Assembly: GCF_963921235.1 (NCBI RefSeq)
Contig: NC_086097.1
Location: 203,982,001 to 204,046,000, forward strand
DNA: 64,000 nt
Source: Mobula hypostoma
Taxonomy: Eukaryota
Reading direction: 5' to 3'
The position numbers and the translations under genes are program-made. The notes beneath the pieces are model-generated. The model was not told the origin of the DNA, made no database searches, and worked only from the letters and a program-made list of their open reading frames with translations. Shown in pieces: positions 1 to 12,033 of the stretch. Positions within the stretch are counted from its first letter, which is position 1. Every line of letters begins with the position of its first letter.

Positions 1-200
1 TCCCTCCTCAAGTTTACTTCCCTCCCCCCCCCCCCCACCTTTTAGAATTACTCCTCAGCTTTTTTCTCTAGTCCTGCTGAAGGGTTTCGGCCCGAAACGT
101 TGACTGTACTCTTTTCCTAGATGCTGCCTGGCCTATTGAGTTCCTCCAGTATTTTTGTGTGTTACTTGGATTTCCAGCATCCAGATTTTCTCTTGTTTGT
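1..200 (+). mobile_element. Penelope-like-element (PLE)-derived short repeat, runs off window start; carries a mutated hammerhead motif
   Basis: AGTC-CTGCTGA-AGGGTTTCGGCCC-GAAA-CGTT-GACT at 70-105 followed by GATGCTGCCTGGCC...TTTCCAGCATC; same family as 5202-5551 and 58364-58477. Confidence 0.7.
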
Positions 201-599
201 AATAATAATTTTGAGACCAGAGAGATCAAGTATGTTGATGGCAATGAATAGCTATTGATAAAAGTTGAAGTAAAGTGCCAGAACAAGTTAAAATCCTGTT
301 GAATTGTCAGGAATCAAATATTACAATGGGCACTAAAGGTACTGACATCTTCACGATGGTGAAGCAACTAACATGACCAAAGCGATGTCCTGTAGCAGTT
401 CACAAAACTACAACTTATTGTCAATAACTTCTTCTTCCAGACAAGATGTTGTTTGAGTACAGCACTCCTTCGGTCGGCATCTCCTGGATAGATCATGAAA
501 ACACAAATTTCACTTCTTTTATGTCTTTTACATTTGTTTTTCCCCTTGAATGTGATTCTGGAACTGTTGGACCTGTGATTTGCTGCTTGGACATTGTTA

Positions 600-1360
600 G
601 GATGTTCCAGCAAATTACAGTCTCCGAGAGGAATCCAGGAGATGCAGACAGCGTGCAGGAACCCCATGGTGGGCAGGCAGTAAGCTGATGTTCGACTCCA
701 TTTCACCAATTGTTCATTGTTTGCCGATTAAAGCGACGAAAGAGATCAAAACATCAAGGTGAATGCGGAAGCTTGGAAATCATTTAGGTGCTTTGGCGCT
801 CTGCAGTCTCCGAGATGATTTTGGGAGACAGAGACAGTGTCCGAATTTCATGGCAAGAAGGCTGCAGAATGGGGTGCAAGCTGTTGTTCAACTCCGTTTC
901 TCCGATCAAAGCTTCCATTGTTTGCCGATTAAAATGACGAAAGAGATTGAAGCATCGCGGCGAGTGCGGAGGGGGAGCGCTGTCTGCCTGTCTTTTGATG
1001 GCTGTGCTACAAGAGGGAAAGGTCTGCCACTGGGTCAGGCTCTCTGCGTTTTGGATGTGGACTTGGACTATAAACTTTTTTCAGTCTGATAGCTTGTTGT
1101 GTTTTTTGCCTGATATTTCTTGTCTTTTTAGTGTGGGAGGAAGGGTTTGGGGGTTGATGAACTTGTTCCATTTTTGTGCAGAGAGGGGGGATTTGGATGC
1201 TGACGAACTTGTTCCATTTTTGTTTACTGTACCGGAGGCAGTGATTTTGGGGGTTGATGTTCGTGCTGCCTTCCTTTTCTTTCTTGGTTTCATGGCTACC
1301 CAGAGAAGAAGAATTTCAAGTTGTATACTTTAATAATAAATGAAGCTTTGAACTTTTGAA
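600..1360 (+). mobile_element. Non-autonomous non-LTR element with Rex/L2-like 3' tail and an internal ~200-bp tandem duplication
   Basis: Ends GAATTTCAAGTTGTATAC...AATAATAAATGAAGCTTTGAACTTTTGAA, a tail also seen at 2040-2100 and 46975-47030. CATTGTTTGCCGATTAAA...GCGGA occurs at 715-769 and 916-970. 5' boundary approximate. Confidence 0.55.
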
Positions 1361-1449
1361 ATATATTTCTACTACTAAATTGCATGTGATTGCATGTACC
1401 TGTTCTCTACATTTTGATGCTGTATTTTTGGGCTGATTGAGTGATCTGG

Positions 1450-2100
1450 CACCTTTGACATCTCCCAGGGAATTCAGCAAGGTTGGGAGTGGAGTGTGTG
1501 CAGCTTAATGGGGGAGTGTGAAGCCATGATCATCTCCATTGTTCCTCCTGATTAAAGCATCAAGCAAGACTGAGATCGAGGACGAGAGCAGAAGGTGAGC
1601 GGGTGTTCAGTGCCATCTGCCTATATTTAACAGGTCTGCCTCTCCCTCTCGCTTGCAGCTGCTGGAGGAACGTGCAGGAGTCTTGGGTCACATGCTGCAA
1701 GGTTTGATCAGTGCTGCTCGTGGCAATGGGTTCACTTTTGGAGGACTCTGGTTCTTGGTACGCGTTTATGGTTACTCTTTTTTTTGCTATTTTGCGTGAT
1801 TTGATTAGGGCATTTCAGCACAGACTGGCTGTGCAGCCTGTAGATAACGGATGACATAGCACTAAACTGCACACTCCTCTACCATTTTGAGGACTCTGTG
1901 GTTTGACGCTTAATATTCTGAGTGTTACTCACCTTTTTGCGGTTTGCATCATCTGTTCTTTTTTTTCGTGCATTGGGTGTTTGATGTTTTCTTTGAATGG
2001 GTTCCATGGTGTTTCTTTGTTTGGTGGCTGCCTGTGGGAAGATGAATCTCAGGGTTGTATACTGCATACTTTGATAATAAATGTACTTTAAATCTTTGAA
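1450..2100 (+). mobile_element. Non-autonomous non-LTR element with the same tail class
   Basis: 3' end GAATCTCAGGGTTGTATACTGCATACTTTGATAATAAATGTACTTTAAATCTTTGAA; non-coding GC-richer body; 5' boundary approximate. Confidence 0.5.
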
Positions 2101-3726
2101 ATATGCATAGAATAGCTCTCCTCTTGGTTGAGCCAATTTTCAGCTGTCCAGCAGCATTTTTTTGAGTTATGTGAAGAAATCCCTTTTCCTCTGCTCTGAA
2201 GGCAGATATGAAATAAGTGTTTAATTTTCAAGCCATATTTTGTTCCCATTATAATATCTCTGGACATTGGAATGAATCTTATTGGCAGATCTACAGGAAA
2301 CTGCTGACAATTACCCTTGTAAAAGCAAACAAGTTTGGGACTTCAGCAGCCAGACATCCAAGTGTGGATGTCCCAGCCACAATGGAAGATTCACCCTGAT
2401 GAAACTGTTAATGTGCATGTCAGAGGCTCTCAGAAGCATTCTAAAAGATTGATAGCTTTGACAGATTGTAAAGCTGGGGACCTGAATATATCATATAAGA
2501 CCCTGTCACAAACACCTCAGCAAATAGGCCTGCATGCTGTCAGAAAACAAATTCAATGTTACAGGTGCTAGCCAAGTAAAGCTGAGCCAGTGGGGAATCA
2601 AGGCCCAAATACAGACCATAGGTATGGGCTGACTCAGCAAAACCTTTGCCAATATCTCCATGGGACTGAATTTATTTTCGCAACTCTTCTCTTTTTAACA
2701 AGGCTGTAGGTGCTCGTCACCATTTAAAAAGATGCTTGAGGAATTCTAAACACTGCAGAAATAAAACAAGAAAATGCTGGGAATGTTCAGATCATCAGGA
2801 AGCACTTATAGATGGAAAAACACAGCTTAAATTTCAGGCCAATGCTTGTCATCAGGATAGTAAAAGTAAAATAAAACTCATTTTACAATACACGGAGAGG
2901 GGAGAGAGAATGAAATAACAAATTTAGGGCAGAAAGCATGGGATATGAAATAACACAAAAGACAATGAACTGAAAAAGAGGGTTACCAGGAAAATTAAAA
3001 AGCAAAATTTTGGGATCAGATGGATGTACATGACAGTGGCAAAATTTTTACCTGCAATTATAGACTTGAATGTTGAATTCCAGAAAGTGGTTAGTGCATC
3101 AGATGCAGCGACTCCTATGGGGTCAACCAAAGGCGTTATTGTCTTTTTAAAATTTTTTTTATGATTGCAAGACCCTGCTGGACATTAAGAACTTATAGTA
3201 TTGCAGGTCCACCCTATCAGCGAGTTGCTCGTTGATGGAGAAACTGAAGGAGCTGGACTCGGAGCCAAGAGTGATGCTGCCTGTGACAGAGAGGTGTCAG
3301 TGTGCGAAAGGAGATGAGTAGTCTAACAGCAAGTGATCATTTTAGTCCGTTTTCTTGTGATTGCAAGACCCTATTGGATATTGGTGGTGTGGAATGCTGC
3401 AAGTCATTGGTTTACTGGCGAACGGCAGCGGCAGACAGTAGGGGAGCTGCATGGCCTTGGTCGCAGTGAGCACTAGGCCTCAAGCCGCAGTGTCACTTGT
3501 TTGCTGTCACCCAGGGAGAGGCATCAAATTCGGACACTCCACTGGAGTATTGGAGGTGGTGTGTGAGGCATTCCTGCTGGAGTTGGTGCTGCCACCTGTG
3601 TTTGCTCAACAGAAAACAAGCTAATCTTGAGTCAACTGCAGACTGCCGCAACATTCACGGACTCAGGGACTGTAATTTTTTGTGTGACTGTACCTTAGTT
3701 CTATCTTACATGTTCTATATATACCT

Positions 3727-4369
3727 GAGACATCCCACCCTGCAAAAACCCATTTCAGGGAGATAGCACCATCAATTTGCGGGAGACTTCCGGGAGAGGT
3801 GGGATGTCTGCAATAGAGTAGCTCCTTAGCAGCTGGCCAGCTAGTTTAAATAACGTTCGCTATGCCAATGAACGAATGACACCGGTTAAACTGACCTCAA
3901 CATGTCTTTTACAGGCTTAACCCACCATGGGCAATAGAAAAGTCATCGTTGCAAACAGTGCAGCGAGCAACACTGTCATTATTTTGACCCCTATTAGGCA
4001 GGGGTACACTTTAGTGTAGTCTGGGGTGACATAAGTTTCATTTTTTTTGGAACATTCTGCAATGGCGCGCTCTCACTCGCACGCTCTCTCTCTCTCTCGC
4101 TCGCTCTCTCTCCCTCTCTCGCTTGCTTTCTTGCTCGCTCTCTCTCGTGGTCGCTCTTGCACTCGCTCTCTCTTGTGGTCACTCTCGCTCTTGCTTGCTT
4201 TCTCTCTCGCGCGTGCTCTCGTGGTCGCTCTCGCGCTCTCTCTTCCTTTTCTCCCGCTGGCTCTCAAAAAAATTGATTTCCGTGATATTGTATATAACTT
4301 GCGGGCATCAGGGAGCCACTGTTAATATGCGGGAGAATCCCGGAAGTTCCGGGAGAGGTGGGATGTCTG
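3727..4369. mobile_element. Non-autonomous DNA transposon (MITE) with TIRs, 6-bp TSD and internal CT/CG-rich microsatellite
   Basis: Left end GAGACATCCCACC, right end GGTGGGATGTCTG. ATACCT duplicated at 3721-3726 and 4370-4375. It interrupts an older repeat spanning about 3105-4450. Confidence 0.8.
4066..4265. repeat. Degenerate (CT)n/(CTCG)n microsatellite inside the MITE
   Basis: CGCTCTCTCTCTCTCTCGCTCGCTCTCTC... low-complexity tract; it explains the four overlapping RE/SL-rich ORFs. Confidence 0.9.
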
Positions 4370-5201
4370 ATACCTTGTGCTGTGTATGACTATCTTGCAC
4401 GTTGTCCCTGGAGTAACACTGTTTTGTTTGACAATTCAATTATACGATAATTATCTATGAATATAGCCAAATGAAAGGAGCAGGAGAGACGGGTAGAACC
4501 AACAGAGTATCCCTGAAAAGCAACATACGGCAAACATATGCCCTTTGTTGCACTCATCGCTCCCCATCTCCTCTACCACCAAAATAGTAGCTTAGTTTCC
4601 CTCTTTCCCAGGTCTAATAAAACCCAGATTTATCCTGGATTTGAGCTGTTGTATTTCTGTTTCTAAAGGATACTGACTGACCACGTGAGTGCTTCCAGTA
4701 GTTTTTGGTTTTGTTTCAGATTTCTTATATCAATAATGTTTTGCTTTAGATTGCCAAAGGTATCTGGCCCAGTTATCTGAATCAGAAAATCACTGTTTTC
4801 TTCCGTGAAGCAGGTTTCAGTTAGTTTCAGCCAATTTCTTGGTCTGATCTTTGGACTCTTGCAAGCTGCTTCTCTTGATCATTGCATTAGCCTTGTTTGG
4901 TCTTCCTTCTTTAATACATACAATGGATACTAGATAACAGTCTGGTAAACCTCAGTGAAAATAATCCCACCACTAGTATTCAAAGTAAACTTATTATCAG
5001 AATTCATGTATGTCACTATATACTAGCCCGAGATTAACTTTCTTGCGGGCATTCACAGTAAATACAAAGGAAAACCATAGAATCAATGAAAAACCACACA
5101 CAACATGGTGCACAAACAACTGATGTGCAAAAGATAACAAAACTGCGCAAGTACAAACAGAAAAAAGAACACAAGGCAATAAGTAAATAAATATTGAGAA
5201 C

Positions 5202-5551
5202 GCAAACACACATTCTTTCTCTCACTCTCCTTTTTCTCCCTCTATCCCTCTGACTATACCCCTTGCCCATCCTCTGGGATTCCCCCCCCCACATCTTTCT
5301 CCCCGGACCTCCTATCCCATGATCCTCTCATATCCCTTTTGCCTATCACCTGTCCAGCTCTTGGCTCCATCCCTCCCCCTCCTGTCTTCTCCTATCATTT
5401 TGGATCTCCCCCTCCCGCTCCCACTTTCAAATCTCTTACTAACTCTTCCTTCAGTTAGTCCTGACGAAGGGTCTCAGCCTGAAACGTCGACTGTACCGCT
5501 TCCTAGAGATGCTGCCTGGCCTGCTGCGTTCACCAACAACTTTGATGTGTG
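5202..5551 (+). mobile_element. PLE-derived insertion with 10-bp TSD
   Basis: TATTGAGAAC at 5192-5201 and 5552-5561. Starts with GCAAACACAC, an inverted copy of the family's GTGTGT(TGC)-type end. Pyrimidine-rich body followed by a hammerhead motif. Confidence 0.8.
5457..5492 (+). ncRNA. Minimal type I hammerhead ribozyme motif with intact core
   Basis: Stem I AGTC/GACT; core CTGACGA (5461-5467); stem II AGG/CCT; GAAA (5481-5484); palindromic stem III ACGT; GUC cleavage triplet ending at 5488. Matches the minimal hammerheads known from Penelope-like elements. Confidence 0.75.
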
Positions 5552-6388
5552 TATTGAGAACATTAGATTAATAGTCCTTCAAAGTGAGTCTATAGGTTGT
5601 GGGAACAGTTCAGTATAGGCATAAGTGAAGGAGTAAAGTTATTCCTCTGGCTCAAAGGCCTGATAGTTGAGGGATAATAACTGTTCCTGAACCTAGTGGT
5701 ATGGGTCCCAGTGCCTCCTGTGCCTTCTTCCTGATGGCAGCCACGTGAAGAGAGCATGACCTGGATGGTGGGAGTCCTTGATGATGGATGCCGCTTTCCT
5801 GTGACAGTGCTCCTTTTGGGTGCTCTCAGTGGTCGAGAGGGCTTTACCCATGATGGACTGGGCTGTATCCATTCATTTTTGTAGGGTGTTCTGTTCAAGG
5901 ACATTAAAGGTACCATACCAGGCTGTCATGCAACCAGTCTATATACTCTCCACTGCACACCTATAGAAATTTGTTAGTTTTGATAACGTCCCAAATCTTT
6001 GCAAACTTCTAAGGAAGTAGGGGAGCTGCTCTGCCATCTTGGTAATGGCACTTACACGCTCCACCAACAACAGATCCTCTGAAATGATAATGCCGAGGAA
6101 TTTAAAGTTGTTGACTCTCTCCACCTCTGATGAGGACTGGCTCATGGACTTACGCTTTCCTCCTTCTATAATCAATAATCAGTTCTTTGGTTTTGCTGAT
6201 ATTGAGTGAAAGGTTATTGTTGTGACGCCATTCAGCCAGAATTTCAATCTCCCTCCTAATGCTGATTTGTCACCACCTTTGACTTAGCCAATGACAGTGG
6301 TGTTGTCGTCAAACATAAATATGGCATTGGAGCTGTGTGAGTCAGTCATAACTACGACCTCACAGTCGTAAGTGTAAAGTGAGTAGAA

Positions 6389-6750
6389 CAGAATCAGAAT
6401 CAGAATCAGGTTTATTATCACCTGCATGTGACGTGAAATTTGTTAACTTAGCAGCAGCAGTTCTATGCAATGCATAATCTAACAGAGAGAGAGAAAAAAT
6501 AATAAAATAACACATAATAAATAAACAAGTTAATCAATTATGTTAATTGAATAATTATTAAAAAATGTGCAAAAACAGAAATACTGTATATTAAAAAAAG
6601 TGAGGTAGTGTCCAAAGCTTCAAAGTCCATTTAGGAATTGGATGTCAGAGGGGAAGAAGCTGTTCCTGAATCGTTGAGTGTGTGCCTTCAGGCATCTGTA
6701 TCTCTTACCTGATGGTAACAGTTAGAAAAGGGCATGCCCTGGGTGCTGGA
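6389..6750 (-). mobile_element. Rex1/Babar 3' fragment with (CAGAAT)n tail, nested in an older Rex copy
   Basis: CAGAATCAGAATCAGAATCAGGTTTATTATCA start; reverse complement of the 14480-14800 end. Confidence 0.8.
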
Positions 6751-7062
6751 GGCTAAACAGGGGGCTAAATACACTGCCTGTATGCCTGTGCAGATGGTGA
6801 TTGTGAAGGAGATATTGTTGCCAATCCAAACTGACTGGGGTCTGCAAGTGAAGAAATTGAGGATTTAAGGAGGGACTGAGGCCTAAATATTAGAGCTTAT
6901 TGATACACCTTACAGAGCCTGTAAAATTGTCTATATCACATCCCTTTGGCAACCGCTTGTGAGAACTCCCAAACAAATTGCTATGATGCTACTTGTATAT
7001 TTTCTGAAGTTGTCCTGTAATAATGAGAGCTGCTTCTATTATTGTGAACCTGTCTATTAGAT

Positions 7063-7827
7063 CAGCGGTCTCCAACCATCTGGCCGCGGACCGGTACCAG
7101 GCCACAAATCGTGCTACAGGGCCATGAGGAAACGATATGAGTCAGCTGCACCCTTCCTCATTTCATGTCACTTGAACATAGGATTGACAACTGTCCCGTA
7201 TTTGCCGGGACATCCCGTATATTGGGCTAAATTGGTTTGTCCTATATGGGACCGCCCTTGACCCGTATTTCCCCCGCTAAGGTAGAGCATTCCTATGAAA
7301 CCTTTCGTGCCGAAATGGCGTGAAGCAAAGAAGCAATTACCATTAATTTATATGGGAAAGGTTTTTGAGTGCTCCCAGACCCAAAAAACAACCTAACAAA
7401 TCATAACAAATAACACATAAAACCGAAAATAAATAACACTATCATATAGTAAAAGCAGGAATTATATGATAAATACACAGCCTATATAAAGTAGAAATAA
7501 TGTATGAAGAATATAGTCGGGAAGATGAAAGCAAAACCGATTTGTAGGGGGAAAAAATCGGCACGTATGCGCATGCGCACACAGGTGCCCGTTCAAGGCT
7601 TCATGGTCATGGTAGTCATTCCTGCAGTAAAGTGTCCCGGGATTTGACTGCTACTTTTGTCCCTTATTTGGGAGTGAGAAAGTTGGCAACCCTAACTGTA
7701 AAAGTCATGTTGAGGTGAGTTTAACCCTACTTGAAGACCACCCCCCGCCCCGCCCCGGTCGGCCAGTCCGCAAGAACATTATCAATATTAAACCGGTCCA
7801 CGGTGCAAAAACGGTTGGGGACCCCTG
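7063..7827. mobile_element. hAT (Charlie-like) non-autonomous element with 8-bp TSD
   Basis: TIRs CAGCGGTCTCCAACC / GGTTGGGGACCCCTG; TATTAGAT duplicated at 7055-7062 and 7828-7835. Confidence 0.9.
7179..7694. mobile_element. Second TIR element (TAGGGTTGCCAAC-type, hAT-like) embedded in the hAT MITE
   Basis: Left TAGGATTGACAACT, right AGTTGGCAACCCTA; subterminal TCCCGTAT/GGGACA repeats; no TSD visible. Confidence 0.75.
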
Positions 7828-9720
7828 TATTAGATTGCTATAGCAATCTAACCAATTTTGAAAAATGGGCTGTAATAAAAGCAGAAGATGCTGGAAATTC
7901 TCAGCTGGTCCTTTTGAAGAGGGAACTAGAGATAATGTTTCTTCTCTCCTCTGACCTGCTGGGTATTTCCTTCATTTCCTGTTCTTTTATTTCAAATTTC
8001 CAATACCTGCAGTTCTTTGCTTTTCAAGTATATATTTAACTAGATTGTCTTCTATTCAAGAAACGTATCTTCCTTCCTGGATTAGGAATTAAGAAGCAAC
8101 ATTTTCACGATAAAAGGGAATACTTCAATCCAGATCATGGCTAAAAAGTATGACTACTTCCATTGATGACAGTTTGTTTTGCCTCTGTATTCCCACATAG
8201 GTCAAAATCTGCTCTCTGATGGTGTCCATACTCCATGCACCACCTGCAATGGTGTTGAGAATTACAAGCCTTGGTCCTGTTCGAGTGCTGTACTCATCAT
8301 CCATTTAGCCAAAGTAAGTGCGAGTTACTCATCTATCCACAAGCGTATTTCTCAGCAGGGATGCTGACTGACCAAGACTGGCTGGAAACATGGCCGAATA
8401 TTTTCCTTCTCCAGTCTAGTGTTGCAAAGGCTAATGATACGGAGTTAATTATTTTGTTAATGATTTACTGATTTGGGTAATTGTTACTCCCACTACATAC
8501 CTGCAGCTGGAGAAGCAAGGGGATAGAGTCAATGGTGCCAGACAACTTTCTCAACCTGTCTGTAATTGTAAAGCACATATCAGAATTAAGCCATTTCCAA
8601 CATTTAAAAAGGGAATCTTACCTTTCTCATCTAAATTGCTACAAATATTTGGGAGCATTTTGACAGAGTCTCTTTTGAAAACTTAATTGAACTTAAACTA
8701 TTTTAAACAGTTGCCTGAAGGAAGTGGACAAGCAGCAAAGGTTGGAAGGAGCAAAAGACACGTCAAGTGGGAGGAATTTTCAGAGGAGTCAGTAAACAGA
8801 AATGTAAAGAGTAGCTCAGAATGAAGTTGCACCATCTCCAGGCATTCAATGCGGAAATGTGGCACTTACAACTTGCAAATCACAACAGGCACTTCATTGG
8901 CTCATTGTCCTGAAAATGAGGCCAGTTATTAGCACAATCAGCAAGTCTCCACTCCATGCTTACATTAAGCATGTGATGGATAGCACAATTGTTAAAACAA
9001 ACAAGTTTCTCATATATCTAGTGGTTCATTGACTGCCCGCATCACCCTTTGAGCTCCTTCACTCTATTAATATGTAATCGATGTCTAATCACCTGCAATG
9101 CATCATGCAGATGGATGACCAATTGCCAGACAAATGAAATCATGTACCTATCTTGTCCTAATCTAAAAGTTAAATTGAACCTACCTGAAACAGATTCCCA
9201 GCATGGCAGTGCTGGCGCTGCACAGGCTTGTTTTCACAACAACAAAAAAATGGAAGTGATATTCAGACATGCATTGTATAGAATTAAATGCTACTCTGTA
9301 TGGCTAGCTACTTCCATGCATCAGTATGCAAGGCACAGGATAAATGTGGAAGGAAAAACAGACTTTTTCTTCTTGTAGTAGGTCACAATAAAAATTGTTT
9401 CCCCGAAATTCAGTCCTGAAGGAGATGAAAAACATTGTGAAATACAATAAGCTTTCCAGACCACAATAAGTAAACACTTATAACAATGTTAATTGTGATT
9501 GTGGTTGTAATCATAGTCACAGAGTCATAAGTATTCATGTTTTAACAGATGTCCATTCTCTCAAAGGCAAAAAGATTATACCTTTTTAAAATTGTGTCAC
9601 AAGTACACCTTATTAATTGTTAAGTTACTTGTGGTAAAACTTAATGAGTTGCATGTGAGATATATGTACTGTGTTTTGCACCTTGTTCTGGAGAAATGTT
9701 GTTTCATTTGTCGGTATATA

Positions 9721-11339
9721 CAGGGCATGCAAAAGTTTGGGCACCCCTGGTCAAAATTTCTGTTACTGTGAATAGCTTAGTGAGTAAAAGATGACCTGAT
9801 TTCCAAAAGGCATAAAGTTAAAGATGACACATTTCTTTAATATTTTAAGCAAGATTACTTTTTTATTTCCATCTTTCACAGTTTCAAAATAACAAAAAAG
9901 GAAAAGGGCCCGAAGCAAAAGTTTGGGCACCCTGCATGGTCAGTACTCAATAACACCCCCTTGGCAAGTATCACAGCTTGTAAACACTTTCCGTAGCCAG
10001 CTAAGGGTCTTTCAATTCTTGTTTGGGGGATTTTTGTCCATTCTTCCTTCCAAAAGACTTCTAGTTCTGTGAGATTCTTGGGCCGTCTTGCATGCACTGT
10101 TCTTTTGAGGTCTATCCACAGATTCTCAATGATGTTTAGGTCGGGGGACTGTGAGGGCCATGGCAAAACCTTCAGCTTGCGCCTCTTGGGGTAGTCCATT
10201 GTGGATTTTGAGGTGTGTTTAGGATCATTATCCTGTTGTAGAAGCCATCCTCTTTTCATCTTCGGCTTTTTTACAACGGTGTGATGTTTGCTTCCAGAAT
10301 TTGCTGGTATTTAATTGAATTCATTCTTCCCTCTACTAGTGTAATGTTCCCCGTGCCACTGGCTGCAACACAAGCCCAAAGTCTGATTGACCCACCCCCA
10401 TGCTTAACAGTTGAAGAGGTGTTCTTTTCATGAAATTCTGCACCCTTTTTTCTCCAAACATACCTTTGCTCTTTGTGGTCAAAAGGTTCTATTTTAACTT
10501 CATCAGTCCACAGGACTTGTTTCCAAAATGCATCAGGCTTGTTTAGATGTTCCTTCGCAAACTTCTGATACCGAATTTTGTGGTGAGGACGCAGGAAAGG
10601 TTTTCTTCTGATGACACTTCCATGAAGGTCATATTTGTGCAGGTGTCACTGCACATTAGAACAGTGCACCACCACTCCAGAGTCTGCTAAATCTTCCTGA
10701 AGGTCTTTTGCATTCAAACAGGGGTTTTGATTTGCCTTTCTAGCAATCCTATGGGCAGTTCTCTCAGAAACTTTTCTTGGTCTTCCAGACCTCAACTTGA
10801 CCTCTACCATTCCTGTTAACTGCCATTTCTTAATTACATTATGAACTGAGGAAACGGCTACCTGAAAACACTTTGCTATCTTCTTATAGCCTTCTCCTGC
10901 TTTGTGAGCATCAGTTATTTTAATTTTCAGAGTGCTAGGCAGCTGCTTAGAGGAGCCCATGGCTGCTGATTGTTGGGCCAATGTTTGAGGAATCAGGGTA
11001 TTGATAAAGCTTTGAAATTTGCATCACCTGGCCTTTCCTAACAATGACTGTGAACAAGCCATAGCCCTAACAAGCTAATTAAGGTCTGAGTCCTTGGTAA
11101 AAGTTATCTGAGAGCTCAAATCTCTTGGCGTGCCCAAACATTTGCATGGTGCTCCTTTCCTTTTTTTCACTCTAAAATTGTACAAGACAAAAATAATACA
11201 CTAATCTTGCTTAAAGTGTTGAAAAGAATGTTTCATCTTTAGCTTTATAACTTTTGGAGATCAGTTCATCTTCTACTCACTTAACTATTCACAGTAACAG
11301 AAATTTTGACCGGGGTGCCCAAACTTCTGCATGCCACTG
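9721..11339 (-). mobile_element. Full-length Tc1 transposon, IR/DR type
   Basis: About 210-bp TIRs (CAGGGCATGCAAAAGTTTGGGCACCC... / ...GGGTGCCCAAACTTCTGCATGCCACTG) with inner direct repeats near 9917 and 11130. TA on both flanks. Splits an older retroelement tail. Confidence 0.95.
9940..10960 (-). pseudogene. Tc1 DD34E transposase, disrupted by a stop and frameshifts
   Basis: MGSSKQLPSTLK...GYKKIAK (paired-like HTH), GRPRK, LWTDEVKIE, then QQDNDPKH...SPDLNIIE with 34 residues between D and E. Premature TGA at 10646-10648. Confidence 0.92.
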
Positions 11340-12033
11340 TATGTATAAGGTTGAATGACAATTAACTTGAACTTGAAAGGTTTTGGTTGCTAGGAAATCT
11401 AAAGCAGACTTGTCAGGTTAGACTATGTGCATTCAAAAGCTAAAACAAAACTGCGGATGATGAAATTCTGAAATAAATACAGAATATGTTGCAGATGTTC
11501 AGTAAATCAGACACCTCCATGAACAGAAAAACAAAGCTGACCTTTCCTGAAGAAAGATTATAAATATGAAATATTAAAATATTAAAATATAGAACATAGA
11601 ATAATGCAGCACATGGACAGTGCATTTGGCCACAATGTCATGATGCAAATCCAAACTATTCTCACCTACCTGCACATGCTTTATAACCCTATATCCCCTA
11701 CCTGTTCATGTGCCTGTCTCAATGCCTCTTTGAAGTTTCTGTCATATCTGCTTCACCATTTCCCCTGGCAGGGTGTTCTAGGCATCTACTACTTTCTGCA
11801 TACAAAAAGACTAGTCTTGCAAATCTCAAATAATCTTTCCTCTTCTCATTTTAAATCTATTTCCTCTGTTATCTGACATTTCCACCTTGGGAACAGACTG
11901 TAATTACTCTATCTATGCATCTTGTAATTTTATATACTTTTAATGTTATCTGTTTCTCTCCACACATTTATAGTCAAACTTGTTGTGTGAACATACAAAA
12001 GCACATTGGGACAAAGTACATTAATTTTTAGTG

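Larger units (their letters stand above)
4978..6905 (-). mobile_element. Rex1/Babar-type LINE 3' portion, degraded, hosting two insertions
   Basis: Minus-strand peptide EVERVNNFKFLGIIISEDL...YFLRSLQRFG (5939-6175) and HTTRFRNSYYP; tail near 4978. Interrupted at 5202-5551 and about 6389-6750. Confidence 0.8.

Noticed and set aside
368..709. ORFs 368-709 (-) and 446-688 (+)
   Set aside because: Partly overlap a repeat head; no recognisable domain.
3994..4389. Four overlapping ORFs rich in RE/SL/AL
   Set aside because: Translation of a CT/CG microsatellite inside a MITE.
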